Assembly: GCA_025594325.1 (NCBI GenBank)
Contig: JANHCV010000001.1
Span: 3,286,001-3,350,000, forward strand
Direction: 5' to 3'
DNA: 64,000 nt
Origin: Blastocladiella emersonii ATCC 22665
Taxonomy: Eukaryota; Fungi; Blastocladiomycota
Under the pieces are notes generated by a model. That model ran no database searches. It was given only the letters and a program-made list of their open reading frames with translations, and had not been told where the DNA came from. Positions 22,661 to 33,757 of this stretch are shown here, piece after piece. A program made the translations under genes and the position numbers. Numbering within the stretch: the first letter of the stretch is position 1; every line of letters begins with the position of its first letter.

Positions 22661-24436
22661 ATGGCTAGTCAAGAAGCCTTCGTGTCGGTGCGGCTCAACG
22701 ACACCAATGTCGTTGCGCCCTCGCGCCGCGACAAGTCCGGCTTCATGGTCAAGGCCAAGAACTGGTTTGTGAATGAGGGTCCGTCACCCCCTTCTATGGC
22801 CTCGCATAGGACCCGCGTTGCTGATGTCTACTTGTGTATTGCGTAGGCACGAAGCGCTTCTGCTTCACCCTCTTCATCGCCTCGCAGCTGTACCTCTTCT
22901 TCAACACCTTCATCTACTACAAGTTCGGCAAGGACTTTGTCACGGTCCAGACGCTCGTCGGCGACGGCATCGCGACGGCCAAGTCGGCGGCCGCGTGCCT
23001 CAACCTCGACTGCGGCATCATCCTGTTCCCCGTGTGCCGCACCATCATCTCGCGGCTGCGCGTCTCCTTCCTCAACAACATCATCCCGTTCGACAAGAAC
23101 ATCACGTTCCACCGCTACGTCGCCTACTCGATTGTGCTTTTCACCTGGATCCACGCCATGGCGCACTACTGGAACTACCGCATGCTCGGGCTCGCGACCA
23201 AGCACACGGCCGAGTGGTACGCCGTGATCAGTGGGCCCGGCCTGACGGGCCAGGTCGCGACGCTCGCGCTGTTCCTCATGGCCACGTCGGCCGCCGAGAC
23301 GGTGCGTCGCGCGCACCACGAGATCTTCTGGTACACGCACCACCTGTTCCTCGTCTTCTTCGCGGCGCTGCTCCCGCACGGCGCCTTCTGCTTCGTCAAG
23401 GCCGACAAGCCGCCGTTCTGCGCCGCGGGCGGCAACTTCTGGAAGTACTTTGTCGGCAGCGGCGTCCTGTACATGATCGAGCGCGTGGTGCGCGAGCTGC
23501 GCGGGCGCCGCGAGACGTACATCTCCAAGGTCATCTTCCACCCGGGCGACGTGCTCGAGCTGCAGATCCAGAAGCCGTCGGCCACGATGCGCGCCGGCCA
23601 GTACATTTGGATCAACTGCCCCGCCATCTCGCCGTTCCAGTGGCACCCCTTCACGCTCACGGCCGCGCCGCAGGAGGGGTTCCTGTCGGTCCACATCCGG
23701 CTCACGGGCGACTGGACCAAGGCCATGGCCAACCAGTGCGGCATCACCCTGACCAAGGACGACAAGAACCTCGAGACGCGCATCGGCCGCGACAACGGCC
23801 TGCCGCGCATCATGGTCGACGGACCGTATGGCGCCGCGTCCGAGGACTGGATGAACTTCGAGGTGATCATGCTCGTCGGCGCGGGGATCGGCGTCACGCC
23901 GTTCGCGTCGATCCTCAAGTCCATCTTCTACCACAAGAAGCAGGGCGGCGGCGACCGGCTCAAGCACCTCAGGAAGGTGTACTTCATCTGGACCAACCGC
24001 GACATGCGCGCCTTCGAGTGGTTCCAGACGCTGCTGCTCACCATCGAGAAGGAGCTGCAGGACCTGGTCGAGATCCACATGTACCTGACGGGCTCGCTCA
24101 AGCCCGACCAGATCACCAACGTCATGATCCACGACATGACCGTTGGCCGCGACGCGCTCTCGGGGCTCCAGTCCCTGACCTTCTACGGCCGCCCGTCGTG
24201 GGACGCCATCTTCACGGGGCTCAAGGTGTCGCACCCGGAGACGGACGTCGGCGTCTTCTACTGCGGGCCCAAGCAGCTCTCCGAGGTGCTGCACAAGATG
24301 TCCAACAAGCACACGGACACGGGCGGCACCGGCGTGCGCTTCTACTACAACAAGGGTACGCTCGCCTGGTTGTCGCGCTGCTCGTCGACCCGTCACTCAC
24401 GCATCCCCACCGCGCCCGCCTGCAGAAAACTTCTAG
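22661..24436 (+). CDS. NADPH oxidase catalytic subunit, gp91phox/NoxA type (no EF-hands)
   Basis: NWFVNEG N-terminus, heme histidines in FHRYVAYSIVLFTWIHAMAH and FWYTHHLFLVFFAALLPHG, FAD motif WHPFTLT, DGPYGA, VGAGIGVTPF, FYCGP, and a spliced C-terminus K|ENF*. Confidence 0.95.
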
Positions 24437-24986
24437 GCTCCTATCGGCTCAGCGTCGCGCGCTGCCGCGTTCCCGCTGGCCGGGTGCCGTGTCCCGCGCG
24501 TGGTTTTGTCATCCGCATACAAACTGTATCATACTCGCTGCTCAATCACTGTCTCACCGGCGCCCTCGTCCGATCCCGCTCACAGGACTTGAGGCTGGTC
24601 CATCAATGCTCGTGTTCCGGCCTATGTAATCAGTCTCGCTCCTTGCAGGCAAAAAGGCACCGAAGCAAAAGTGGGGCCTACGCCCCGCATAAACAGCAAG
24701 ATTGGTTTCTTGCTATTTATGTAGAACAAATCGAGGAATCGAACCCCGACCGGCGAGTGCTGTGATGGCCTCGCCGGCTGCGCCAGCTTCGCTTCTTTCC
24801 CATCAAAGTTGCAAATAACTTGTTGCCGTGCAAAACCTTGTCTCCCACCTCGCACGTGCTGTCTCGCGTGCGACGCGTTTCGCGACGCGACGCTGGATCC
24901 GCTGCCGACCGCGCCTCTTCCTCGCTCCCTGCCTCACGCTGTTTCCACCATGAAACCCCCACACTCCATGCAACGTAACGATCCCG

Positions 24987-27186
24987 ATGGGCGCAAAGAA
25001 GGGCAAGGGTAAAGGCGGCAAGGGCAAGGGCGGCAAGGGGAAAAAGAAGGGGAAGAAGGGCAAAACTGACGTCGTTCGCCTCACCGACGAGGAGTTTAAG
25101 CTGTTCATTCTCGCCCTCAAGTACGCGACGCGCGAGTTGATGGTGGCGAGGCGACCGACGCTCACCGCCGTGTGGGTGTAGGGTCGAGTCCAAGAGCCAG
25201 GCCGTCGCGTTCTACCGGAACTGGTGCAAGGAGCAGTGCGTACTCAGCTCTCTCACGCCATAGCCGACCGGCTGACGCGTTGTTCATGTCAAAGGTCCAT
25301 CGACCTCAAGATTCTGCACCAGAAGGTCAGCCTGACCCGCAAGCGCCACGTATGCACATCCCTATGAACCATCGCGTCATCTCTCTCACACAACGCCGTG
25401 TGTAGAACAACCACCTCAAGAACCTCAACGGGCAGGGCGACCTGTTCGAGAGCAGCTACGGGCCGTACGTGTTCGTGCGTCCGCTAATCCCGATCCTCGA
25501 CCCGGCCGAGGCGCTCCCGAAGCCGCCGGCGGCAGCGACCACGGGCCATGCGCACCCGCAGCGCAGCGGCGGGGGCGACACCAAGTCGGCCGCGATCACC
25601 AAGTCCGCGAACTCCACCACGGGCGCGTCGACGCGCACTGCCGACGCCAAGGCCGCGCCGAGCACACGCACGACGCACGGCGGCAAGAGCGGGAGCAAGC
25701 TCGCGAGCGTGGTGCGCAAGGAGATGTCGGCGGCGAGCGCGGTCAGCGCCATGTCCGGGTCGTCGGCGGTGAGCTCGCGCAGCAGCGGCAAGGACGGCGG
25801 CCAGCCGCCGCTCGAGCCGGAACCCGAGCCGGACGTGCCGCGCGCGCCGCCAATCCCCGTGGCGATCCCGGGCGCGAAGCGGTACGACGGGACGGCGGTC
25901 GCGGCCACGGTCCCGGCGCCCGAGCTCCCACCGCTCGAGCGCGACCCGCGCATCGCCAAGAAGATGGAGGCGGTGCAGGCGCTGCGGAACCAGCGCGCAC
26001 AGCTGCTCGCCGACATTGCCCAGCTCGATGCCGAGTGTACGCGACTGCACGCGGAAACGGTACGCGACGCTCTCGGGCGGAGAGCAGTGGCCGGACCTCG
26101 ATGCTCACGGCGGCGAGTGTAGGATCCGCACATTCTCGAGGAGCTCAAGTGCAAGACCGAGGAGATGCGGCGGCAGATTCAAGATGAGCAGGACAAGCTC
26201 GCGCAGTACGCGGCGGACGCCGAGGCGCGGCACCAGGAGGCGCTGCAGCAGACCGAGGCGCACGCGCTCGAGCAGATCAAGGATGTGAACCAAATTGCCA
26301 CCGAGGTACGCTGCCTGTGTCGGATGGCGATATCGAGCGCTCGCTCACGCACGCCGAGATGTAGTTTGAGGTCAAGAACATGTCGCCGCTGCACAGCTCG
26401 ATCGTCGAGAAGCACCTCCGGTTCCAGCGCGAGCTCGCGAGCGTGCGCGACCAGGAGGTGGCGCTGACGGCGGACGTGTCGCGGGCCGAGCATCGTCTGG
26501 CGGGCCTGATCCGGCGCAGCGAGCGGGTGCGCGAGCGCGCCAACGCGGACCTGCAGGGGATGCAGGCGCTCGTCGAGGTCAACCCGGGGACGGCGAGCCG
26601 GTACGGCAGCGCGGCGCGGTCGCGCACGCCCACGTCGCCCGTGACGATCGGGTCGGCGTCGCCCAAGTCGCTGCGCCGGGTCGCGAGCCCGGACCGGCGG
26701 CCGGAATCGCTCTCGGGAAGCGCGGCCAAGCTGCTCGGCTCCGCCAACGCGCTCAACGACGGCGCGCCGCGGCCGGCGCGGCTCCCACCGCTCAGCGAGC
26801 AGTTCCTGGTGACCAAGCACCGCACGTCCTCGCTCCCGGCACCCGCGCTCATCGAGCCGCAGTCGCTCTTGAACGCCGTCGCGGCGGGTAGCGGCGTCGG
26901 CGGGTCGACGATCATGGCGCGCGGCAGCATGGGGCCGAGCGGGAGCGCGGTCCTGCGGACGCCGCACCTCGACGGATCGGGCGGCGCGAGCGGGCTCCTT
27001 GCGGCGTTCAGCGCGCTCAGCGACCACCCGCACATGTCCTCGTCGTCGAGGCGGGGCAGCGGCAGTGGCAGCGGGGATACGCTGCGGCCTCAGGTGTCGG
27101 GCACGGCCGAGACGCTCGGGTTGCCGTTCGCGCTCCGGTCGAGCCCCGGGTCGCGCACGGGATCGGGCTCGCTGCGGCCGAGTTAG
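24987..27186 (+). CDS. Uncharacterised coiled-coil protein with a Lys/Gly-rich N-terminus, multi-exon
   Basis: MGAKKGKGKGGKGKGGKGKKKGKK start. Short GT-AG introns join several small exons. Heptad-rich segments include ILEELKCKTEEMRRQIQDEQDKLAQY. Confidence 0.6.
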
Positions 27187-27474
27187 ACGGTACATTGTTG
27201 GTAGAATACATGTAGAGTGTGGGTTCCGCGCTGGAGAGAGGGGCGGGAGCGGAGGGAGTCAGAGCTTGGCGCCGAGCAGAGTGCCACGCGGTCACGCCGA
27301 CGCCTCCGCTCAGCGCCCAGCAAGCTTGGTCGGCGCGCGTTGGCCGCTCGCTTCTCCCTCCCCACCAAGCAGAGCGCGGATCACTCCCACGCGCGCAAGT
27401 CGATGCATCGAGCCGTCCCGCAGCGGATCTAACACTCACCGCCACGCAACGCACTCCTACCCCCCGCTCCAAGC

Positions 27475-28372
27475 ATGGCCATGAACGCGTCCGCCGCCCC
27501 GCAGGGCTTCATCATGGGCGAGGTCGACGCGTCGCTGCCCGAGGGCATGATCCCGCCGCAGATGTGGAACTACGCGCTGCGCCGCCGCGCCCAGGAGATC
27601 GTGCCCGGCCTGTTCCTCGGGCCCTACACGGTGGCGCGCCGCGCCGAGGTGCTGCACGCGCTCGGCATCACCCACATTGCCATCTTCCGCTCCAGGTTCG
27701 AGGCCACGGCCCAACTGCACCCGCAGCTGCCCGGCTTCGAGTACCTGATCCTCGAGGTCGAGGAGTCGCTCTCGCAGAACGTCATCACCAAGTTCCCCGC
27801 CTTCCGCGACTTCATGGAGCAGGCCCAGCACGCCCGCGCCCAGTCGCTCGCCGACCTCGACGCCAACCCGCACCTGCGCCCCGCTGCCACCCCGGAGCTG
27901 CTCGCCACCATGCAGGCCTGGTCCATGCACTCGGCCCCGGTGACGCGCGGCAACGTGCTCGCCTGCTGCCTCGACGGCGTCTCGCGCGCACCCACCTTTG
28001 CCATCGCCTACATCATGGAGACCTTCAAGCTCAGCTTTTCCAACGCCGTCGGCTACGTCCAGTCGCGCCGATTCTGCATCTTCCCCGCCGACGGCTTCCG
28101 CGCCCAGCTCCTGGTGCGCTTCCTCTTGTTCGCTCTCCGTGTCGACTGTTCCCGCTAACTCTTCTGGTTGCGCGCAACAACAGGAATACGAACCCATCCT
28201 CCTCGCGCGCCAGCAGACTGTCCCCGGCGCCATGCGCGCCATGCAGCTCAAGCGCCAGATCGAGCACGTCTCGCAGGACGCCATGGACGCAAACGCCGAG
28301 CCCGCGATCGCCCGGCCAGCAAAACGCCGCGCCGAGCGCGACGAGGACAGCGACGAGGACATGCAGGGCTGA
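27475..28372 (+). CDS. STYX: Dual-specificity phosphatase family, STYX-like, two exons
   Basis: WNYALRRRAQEIVPGLFLGPY, LGITHI, SRAPTFAIAYIMETF and VQSRRFCIFPADGFRAQL|EYEPILLA parallel STYX. Confidence 0.85.
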
Positions 28373-28454
28373 GCCCGTCGTCCTCCGTGGATGGATGCTA
28401 GCGCATGATGGTGGGTGATATACTGGGACGAGAAGATACTTTTGCAAACCAACC

Positions 28455-30231
28455 TCAAGCGACCTTGAGGCACCGCTCGACCTCGCGCATGTACGCGAGC
28501 ACGCGCTCCTCGTCCAGCCGCTTGCCCACCACCTGCACGCCGACGGGCAGCCCCTCCATGGCCACGGGGTCGTACAGGTCGCGCATCCGCTGGTGCACGC
28601 GGTCGAGCCGCGCCGTGGACCCCGCCCGGAACTGCTCGCGGTGCACCACGGGGTCGACGGCTGCGTACGCGTCCGACCGCCGCACCTCGGTCACGGGCAC
28701 TACGCCGACCGAGTAGTCGAGCAGATTGTACAGCAGCGTGTGCGACGCGGCGCCCGCGACATCCAGGAACGTGCCGTGCGGGATCGCGACCATGGCCGAG
28801 ACCGGGCACACGATGCAGTCGAGGTCGTCGCGCACCCACGCCGCGTTGTGGAACTCGACCGCGTACTCGTTGCGCCGCGCCTGCAGCGCGTGCATCTCGG
28901 CAACCGACTTGGCGTGCACGTTCGACACGAACAGGTGCGCGCGCCGCTCGCCCAGCAGCGCCAGCACGCGCGCGAGCGCCCACCGCACCACGCGAAACGT
29001 GCGCGCGAGCCACACGAACGGCCGTGCCCACGGCTCGAACGCGTCGCCGCCGCGCAGCGCGGGCTCGAGCCGCTTGCGCCCGCCGTCGTACAGGAGCATC
29101 CCGTACGCGAGGTCCATGAAGTCGAACGGCCGCGGCACCGCGAACGGGACCACCGTGTGCCCCGCGCGCTCGAGCGCGCGCACCGTCGTCTCGACAGCGC
29201 GCGCGACTGCCGGGCACGGCGCCGTGAACCCGTCGCTCGTGTAGTACCCGACGCGCAGCGACTTGCGTGGCAGGGCCGACGCCAGCTCGGCGCGGAACGG
29301 GAGCGGCACCGTGAACGGGTCCAGCGCCAGGTGCTGCGGCTGCAGCGTCGCGCGGCACAGGAGGTCGAGGTCGTCGACCGAGTTGCCCATGGGGCCCGCG
29401 ACGCCTGCGATCGCCTCCTGGCCCGGGTCCGCCGAGAAGACGCCGAGGTTCGGGATGCGGCCCTTGGACGGTTTGAGCGAGTAGATGCCCGAGAAGTGCG
29501 CTGGGATCTACACGGGCGGACGTGCGTCAGCTGATGGAGAGGCTCTCGCAGCGCAGTTGAGCGCGTACTCGAAGACTGCCGCCAATGTCGGTCCCGATCC
29601 CCAGCGCGGACCCGCGCAGCTTGAGTAGCGCGGCCTCGCCGCCCGACGACCCGCCGCACGTGAACCCGCGGATGACGGGGTTCTCGGTCCGCCCAAAGAC
29701 GGGGTTGCTGCACTCGAAAGAGAGGAGGAACTGCGGCACATTGGTCTTGCCGATGATGATGGCGCCCTCGCGCAGCAGCACGTCGATGAGCACTGCGTTC
29801 GTCGCCGCGGGCTTGCCGAGGTACACGCTGTGTCCGAGCGTCGTGTCGGTGCCCGCCATCAGCAGCTGCTCCTTGATGCTGACGGGGACACCGAACAGCG
29901 CGCCCCGCGGCATTGCGGCGCCGAGCCGCTGGTACTCGGCGTCCATGGCGCGCGCGCGGTCGAGCGCCTCGCGCAGGAGGCACTCGGTCAGGCAGTTGGT
30001 CGCCAGGTGCGCGAGCACCATGCGCCGCCCGAACGCGACGACGGCCTGCTCCGCTGTCAGGTCGCCGCGCGCTATCGCGCTCGCCAACTGCGTCGCCGAC
30101 ATGTCTGTGATGGCGCGGTGCTTCGCCTGCGTCGCCTCGTCGAGCACCACAGTGAACTCGGGCGGCAGCTCGCGCAGCTTCGAGCACAGCGCGCGCCGCG
30201 CTTGTTCGATGCGTTTCTTGGACGTGGGCAT
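28455..30231 (-). CDS. Amidase-signature enzyme (FAAH/acetamidase-like), one intron
   Basis: LFGVPVSIKE (catalytic Lys), GKTNVPQ, GGSSGGEAAL, GIGTDIGGSLR|IPAHFSGIYSLKPS, and C-terminal GLPVGVQVVG. Confidence 0.92.
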
Positions 30232-30349
30232 GGTTTCGCTTACATGGGTTGTGGTTGTTTGGGAGAGAGAGCGTCGGTGGCGGACCTCGCGACGCCCATG
30301 AGCGCACGAGCGGGCCGCCCGTACTCGTGGCCTCAAGCATCACCGAACC

Positions 30350-31018
30350 ATGGAGCACACTCAACAACATGCATTGCCCACCGACGAACTGCGCAAGCCG
30401 CGACAGCGGCGGCGGAGCGAGCTGAGCGACGACGACGAAAGAGACGCCGCCAACGGCGACCCCGGCGAGAGCGCGCGCAAGTGGTTCCGCCGCGGCCCCT
30501 CGTCGTCCAAGGCCTACGAGTGCGTCGTTCCCGGATGCGCCGACGCCGACACATCGTTCGAGTCGCTCGACGCCGTCATGGCCCACGTCCGTGCCCGCCA
30601 CTGGTACATTTGCCGGGCGCGGCGCGAGGACGGGCGCGGGACGTGCGCTGCCGTGTTTTCGAACGGGTTCTTGCTCGACCTGCACGCCGAGGAGGTCCAC
30701 TCGAGCCTCTTCCTCGCCCGCGCTGAGCGCGGCGACGCCGTGTACCGGTGTCTCGTGTCTGGCTGCGCGCACGCGCCGTTCCACACGGCTGATGAGCGGC
30801 GGGCACATGTAGTCGGTGAGCACGGCTGGCCGGAAAGTGTATACGAGGACACTGTCGCTTCTCTGGCTGGCGAAGGAGAGCATGGAGAAGAGCACTACGA
30901 CGACCTGAACCTGCTCGTCGATGGCATGGAGGGCATGGCGATTAAGTTCGGCGCGAGTGCACATCGAGCGTTTGGAGCACCTGATGGTGGCTGGAACGAG
31001 TACTACGACGAAGACTGA
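30350..31018 (+). CDS. C2H2 zinc-finger protein, ZNF511-like
   Basis: Three fingers: CVVPGC...HVRARH; C...C...LLDLHAEEVHSSLF; YRCLVSGC...RRAHVVGEHGWP. The arrangement matches ZNF511. Confidence 0.75.
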   Translation: MEHTQQHALPTDELRKPRQRRRSELSDDDERDAANGDPGESARKWFRRGPSSSKAYECVVPGCADADTSFESLDAVMAHVRARHWYICRARREDGRGTCAAVFSNGFLLDLHAEEVHSSLFLARAERGDAVYRCLVSGCAHAPFHTADERRAHVVGEHGWPESVYEDTVASLAGEGEHGEEHYDDLNLLVDGMEGMAIKFGASAHRAFGAPDGGWNEYYDED

Positions 31019-31060
31019 CGAGGGAACGCATTATATCATTACAGTCCGTGGACAAACTAT

Positions 31061-32203
31061 CTAGTTGGGATTCGCCTGGAGGTAGTGAGTGTAGAACTTG
31101 TCGCCGTCCTTGAGCTCGTCCCACTTGGTCTTGTGGCGGACCTCGCCATCGGCGAGCCCGTTAGCCTCGCGGTACTTGCGGTCTTCGACGAGCCACTTCT
31201 CGACGATCTGGAGCAGCGGCGAGTCGAACGACGGCGGGAGGTTGGCCTCGGCGATGAGCTGGTCGAACGGCGTCATGGACATGATCTCGCCGTGGCGCAG
31301 GTGCGCGACGTGCGTGGGCCAGTTGCCCATGCCATCGAAGATGTGCGTGCAGTAAACCTAAGGAGAACAAGCAAGGATTGTCAGTGAGGCTCGCAACGCG
31401 TCGAACGACTGCAAGATGCGAGGAAAGCGTACCACAGTGCACCCCCGCTCCTCGCACTCGCGCCGGAGGAAGTCAAGAAGGTTGCGACGAGCGAGAACAT
31501 CGAGGTCAACCGTGACCTCGTCGAGAAGGGCAACGTCGAACGGACGGATCAGGCCCAGGAGCAGCTGCACGCGTCGACGCTGCCCGTCCGAGATCTCGTG
31601 CGTACGCCACGTCGGGTCAATCTCGAGCAGGTGCATGAGCGCAGCGAGGCGCTCCGGATAGTCAGCGGCGCTGTGCGACTCGAGCAGCGTCGAGACCTTG
31701 ACGTCGCGCTTGGTGACCGGGTTCTGGACCCTGCGGACGCGTCGAGCGTCAGTACAGCAACCAACGAGTCGGAAATCAGCACCAAACGACGTACCACTCG
31801 GGGCCGAGATACGTGATGCCGTCGGGCGTGTTGAAGTACGCGTGTTGGCCGTTGACCAGCACCTCGTCGCGCACGAGACGCTTCCCGGCGAGAATTCGCA
31901 GCAAGGAGGTCTTCCCCCCGCCATTTGCGCCAACTTTTTGGTGCATACGGTTGATAGTAGATCGATGAGGAGCGTGAAGGAGGTGGTGGAGGGGGAGCGG
32001 AGGAGTTAGCCGACCAGGTCGAAGCGGCGCGACAGACGGCCACCACCACCGGCCGGGACCGTACCGAGGAGGCACCGCGCGCCCTTCGGGACAGTGAGCT
32101 TGAGCCCGCGCAGGATGTTGGGTCCGCCGTAGCTGAACGTCAGCGAGTTGGTGTGGATGGCGGCGCCCGCGGCCGCGGGGTTCTGCGTTGCGTCGGTTGT
32201 CAT
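31061..32203 (-). CDS. CAF16: Soluble single-domain ABC ATPase, CAF16-like, 4 exons
   Basis: RCLL|VGANGGGKTSLLRILAGK (Walker A), ISDGQRRRVQ, LLDEVTVDLDVLAR, VYCTHIFDG. No TM domains. Confidence 0.88.
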
Positions 32204-32547
32204 GGTGTCGGTTCGCGTCTGATGCATCAACTGGTGGACGAGGAACTTCGTTGCGGGGGTCCAGCAGTCTTTATAGTGCGCAGTCGACGCGGTATTGACT
32301 GATCGGCGGTGCGGGGAGACGATCCTCGCCTCAAGCATCGCGCGCCATCGGCGACCGGCGTCACGTGCGGGGAGACAGAGTGTGAGACGTGTCGTTTTCG
32401 CCGCGATTTCGCGTCAGCCATCGACTCTGCGCCTCCCCCGATTACGTGACCAGCTTAAAGACGGATCGAGCCTTCAAATTTTCTCGTGAAGGAACTGGGC
32501 CTTGTTCCAGGGCTCGCCCACGTTGGGCGCCACGGAGTAAGCACGGC

Positions 32548-32748
32548 CACGTGCGTCTCAATCAGGCTGCGGATCATGGCCTTGGTTCGCGGCGCGAACA
32601 CGAAGCGGTCGGACAGTACATTGTAGTATCGAACTGGAGCTCCAAGAGGTGCTCGACGATCCTCGCGCCTTCTCGCTTATGATGAGCGCGTACACGGTCG
32701 GCGGCATGCCGAGGAAGTCATCGATGTGAAGTCGCCGATGATCTCGAT
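32548..32748 (-). pseudogene. Decayed, frameshifted fragment of an AAA ATPase paralogue
   Basis: Minus-strand frames give IEIIGDF, DDFLGMPPTVY...EKA, IVEHLLELQFDTTMY and DRFVFAPRTKAMIRSLIETH. These are collinear with VENVGDYKDDDFLVMPPTVY...QFDDTVYDQLVLAPRTKAMIRGLVESH at 37266-37469. Confidence 0.78.
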
Positions 32749-32909
32749 GGTGCATTCACGTCCATGGCCAGTGATTTCGACAAGGAGAGTTGAGGCAGCG
32801 CGATCGTCTCACATGCTGGGAGCGTGGGAACCCATCGTGATCCGCACTCACGCTGTGGCGCAGCGCGACTCCGACTCACTCGTCGTCGCTGCTGATGCTT
32901 GAGGCAATG

Positions 32910-33022
32910 GAGGGTTTGCGGGGTTTAGCAAGCAAATCCTGAGCAAGCGAATCCCGAGCAAAACGCGTGCAAATCCGGTCACGCGGGGACCGCGTGGGCC
33001 TCAGCCACCCCGGCGCGCCTTC
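32910..33022 (+). repeat. Left terminal inverted repeat (113 bp)
   Basis: GAGGGTTTGCGGGGTTTAGCAAGCAAATCC...GGCGCGCCTTC is the reverse complement of 34996-35108, with one mismatch seen (32989). It contains internal (A/T)GCAA...ATCC sub-repeats. Confidence 0.95.
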
Positions 33023-33115
33023 CGCTCCGCCTCCTCGACGTCGCCCGCCCGACTCGCTCGTCCCCTCACGCCCCTCATCGAGGCGAAACCACTACATGCC
33101 CTGGCGGCATAGCCT

Positions 33116-33688
33116 ATGCAATGCATTCTTGACTCCGTCATGGCGTCCAGCTGCCCGCCGCCGCCGCCGCTCGGCCTCGCGTACCCGAACCAGCACGGGC
33201 TGGGTCACGCGCAGCCAGCGCTAATCCCGGCCCCGGGCATCTCGCCGACCACGGTGTCCGCGCCCCATGCCGGGCTCGGCGGTGTTCTGGTCCTCAACGT
33301 GGGAGGACCTGTGCTGCACATCGGCGGCGGGCGCGGTGGCCGCAACACCCTCAACTACGGCGCCCCGCCGGGAGTCGACATGGCCGTGACCATCGCGCAT
33401 CACGCTGTTGCCCTGCACTACTACAACCAGCCGGCCGGCGCCCCGCTGCCCTACGCGGCCTCGACGTACCACGTGCTGTACTCGAACCTGGTCCCGACCG
33501 AGCTCGTGGCTGCCGGACTCGAAGCGTCGCACCGCTTCGAGTGCCAAGGTGCCCAGGTCATCAACCCGGCCCTGTCGCACCTGCAGCGCGCCGCCCACCT
33601 CGCCGCCCTGCTCAACATGGGCCCGCCCCTCATGCAGGCGCAGGCCGCGCTTCTCGCGCGCCTGCCGCATGACGCGATTTTTGTGTAA
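33116..33688 (+). CDS. Transposon ORF2, uncharacterised (start 33116 or 33140); degenerate HNH/His-Me-finger-like motif near the C-terminus
   Basis: Intact 190-codon ORF lying wholly between the TIRs. Contains YHVLY...GLEASHRFECQGAQVINPALSHL. Confidence 0.55.
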   Translation: MQCILDSVMASSCPPPPPLGLAYPNQHGLGHAQPALIPAPGISPTTVSAPHAGLGGVLVLNVGGPVLHIGGGRGGRNTLNYGAPPGVDMAVTIAHHAVALHYYNQPAGAPLPYAASTYHVLYSNLVPTELVAAGLEASHRFECQGAQVINPALSHLQRAAHLAALLNMGPPLMQAQAALLARLPHDAIFV

Positions 33689-33757
33689 GGTATACCCTCT
33701 CCTGTATTGAGATATCCACCCTGTCATCCCGAGTCCATGAAGGTGTTGTCAATTTGA

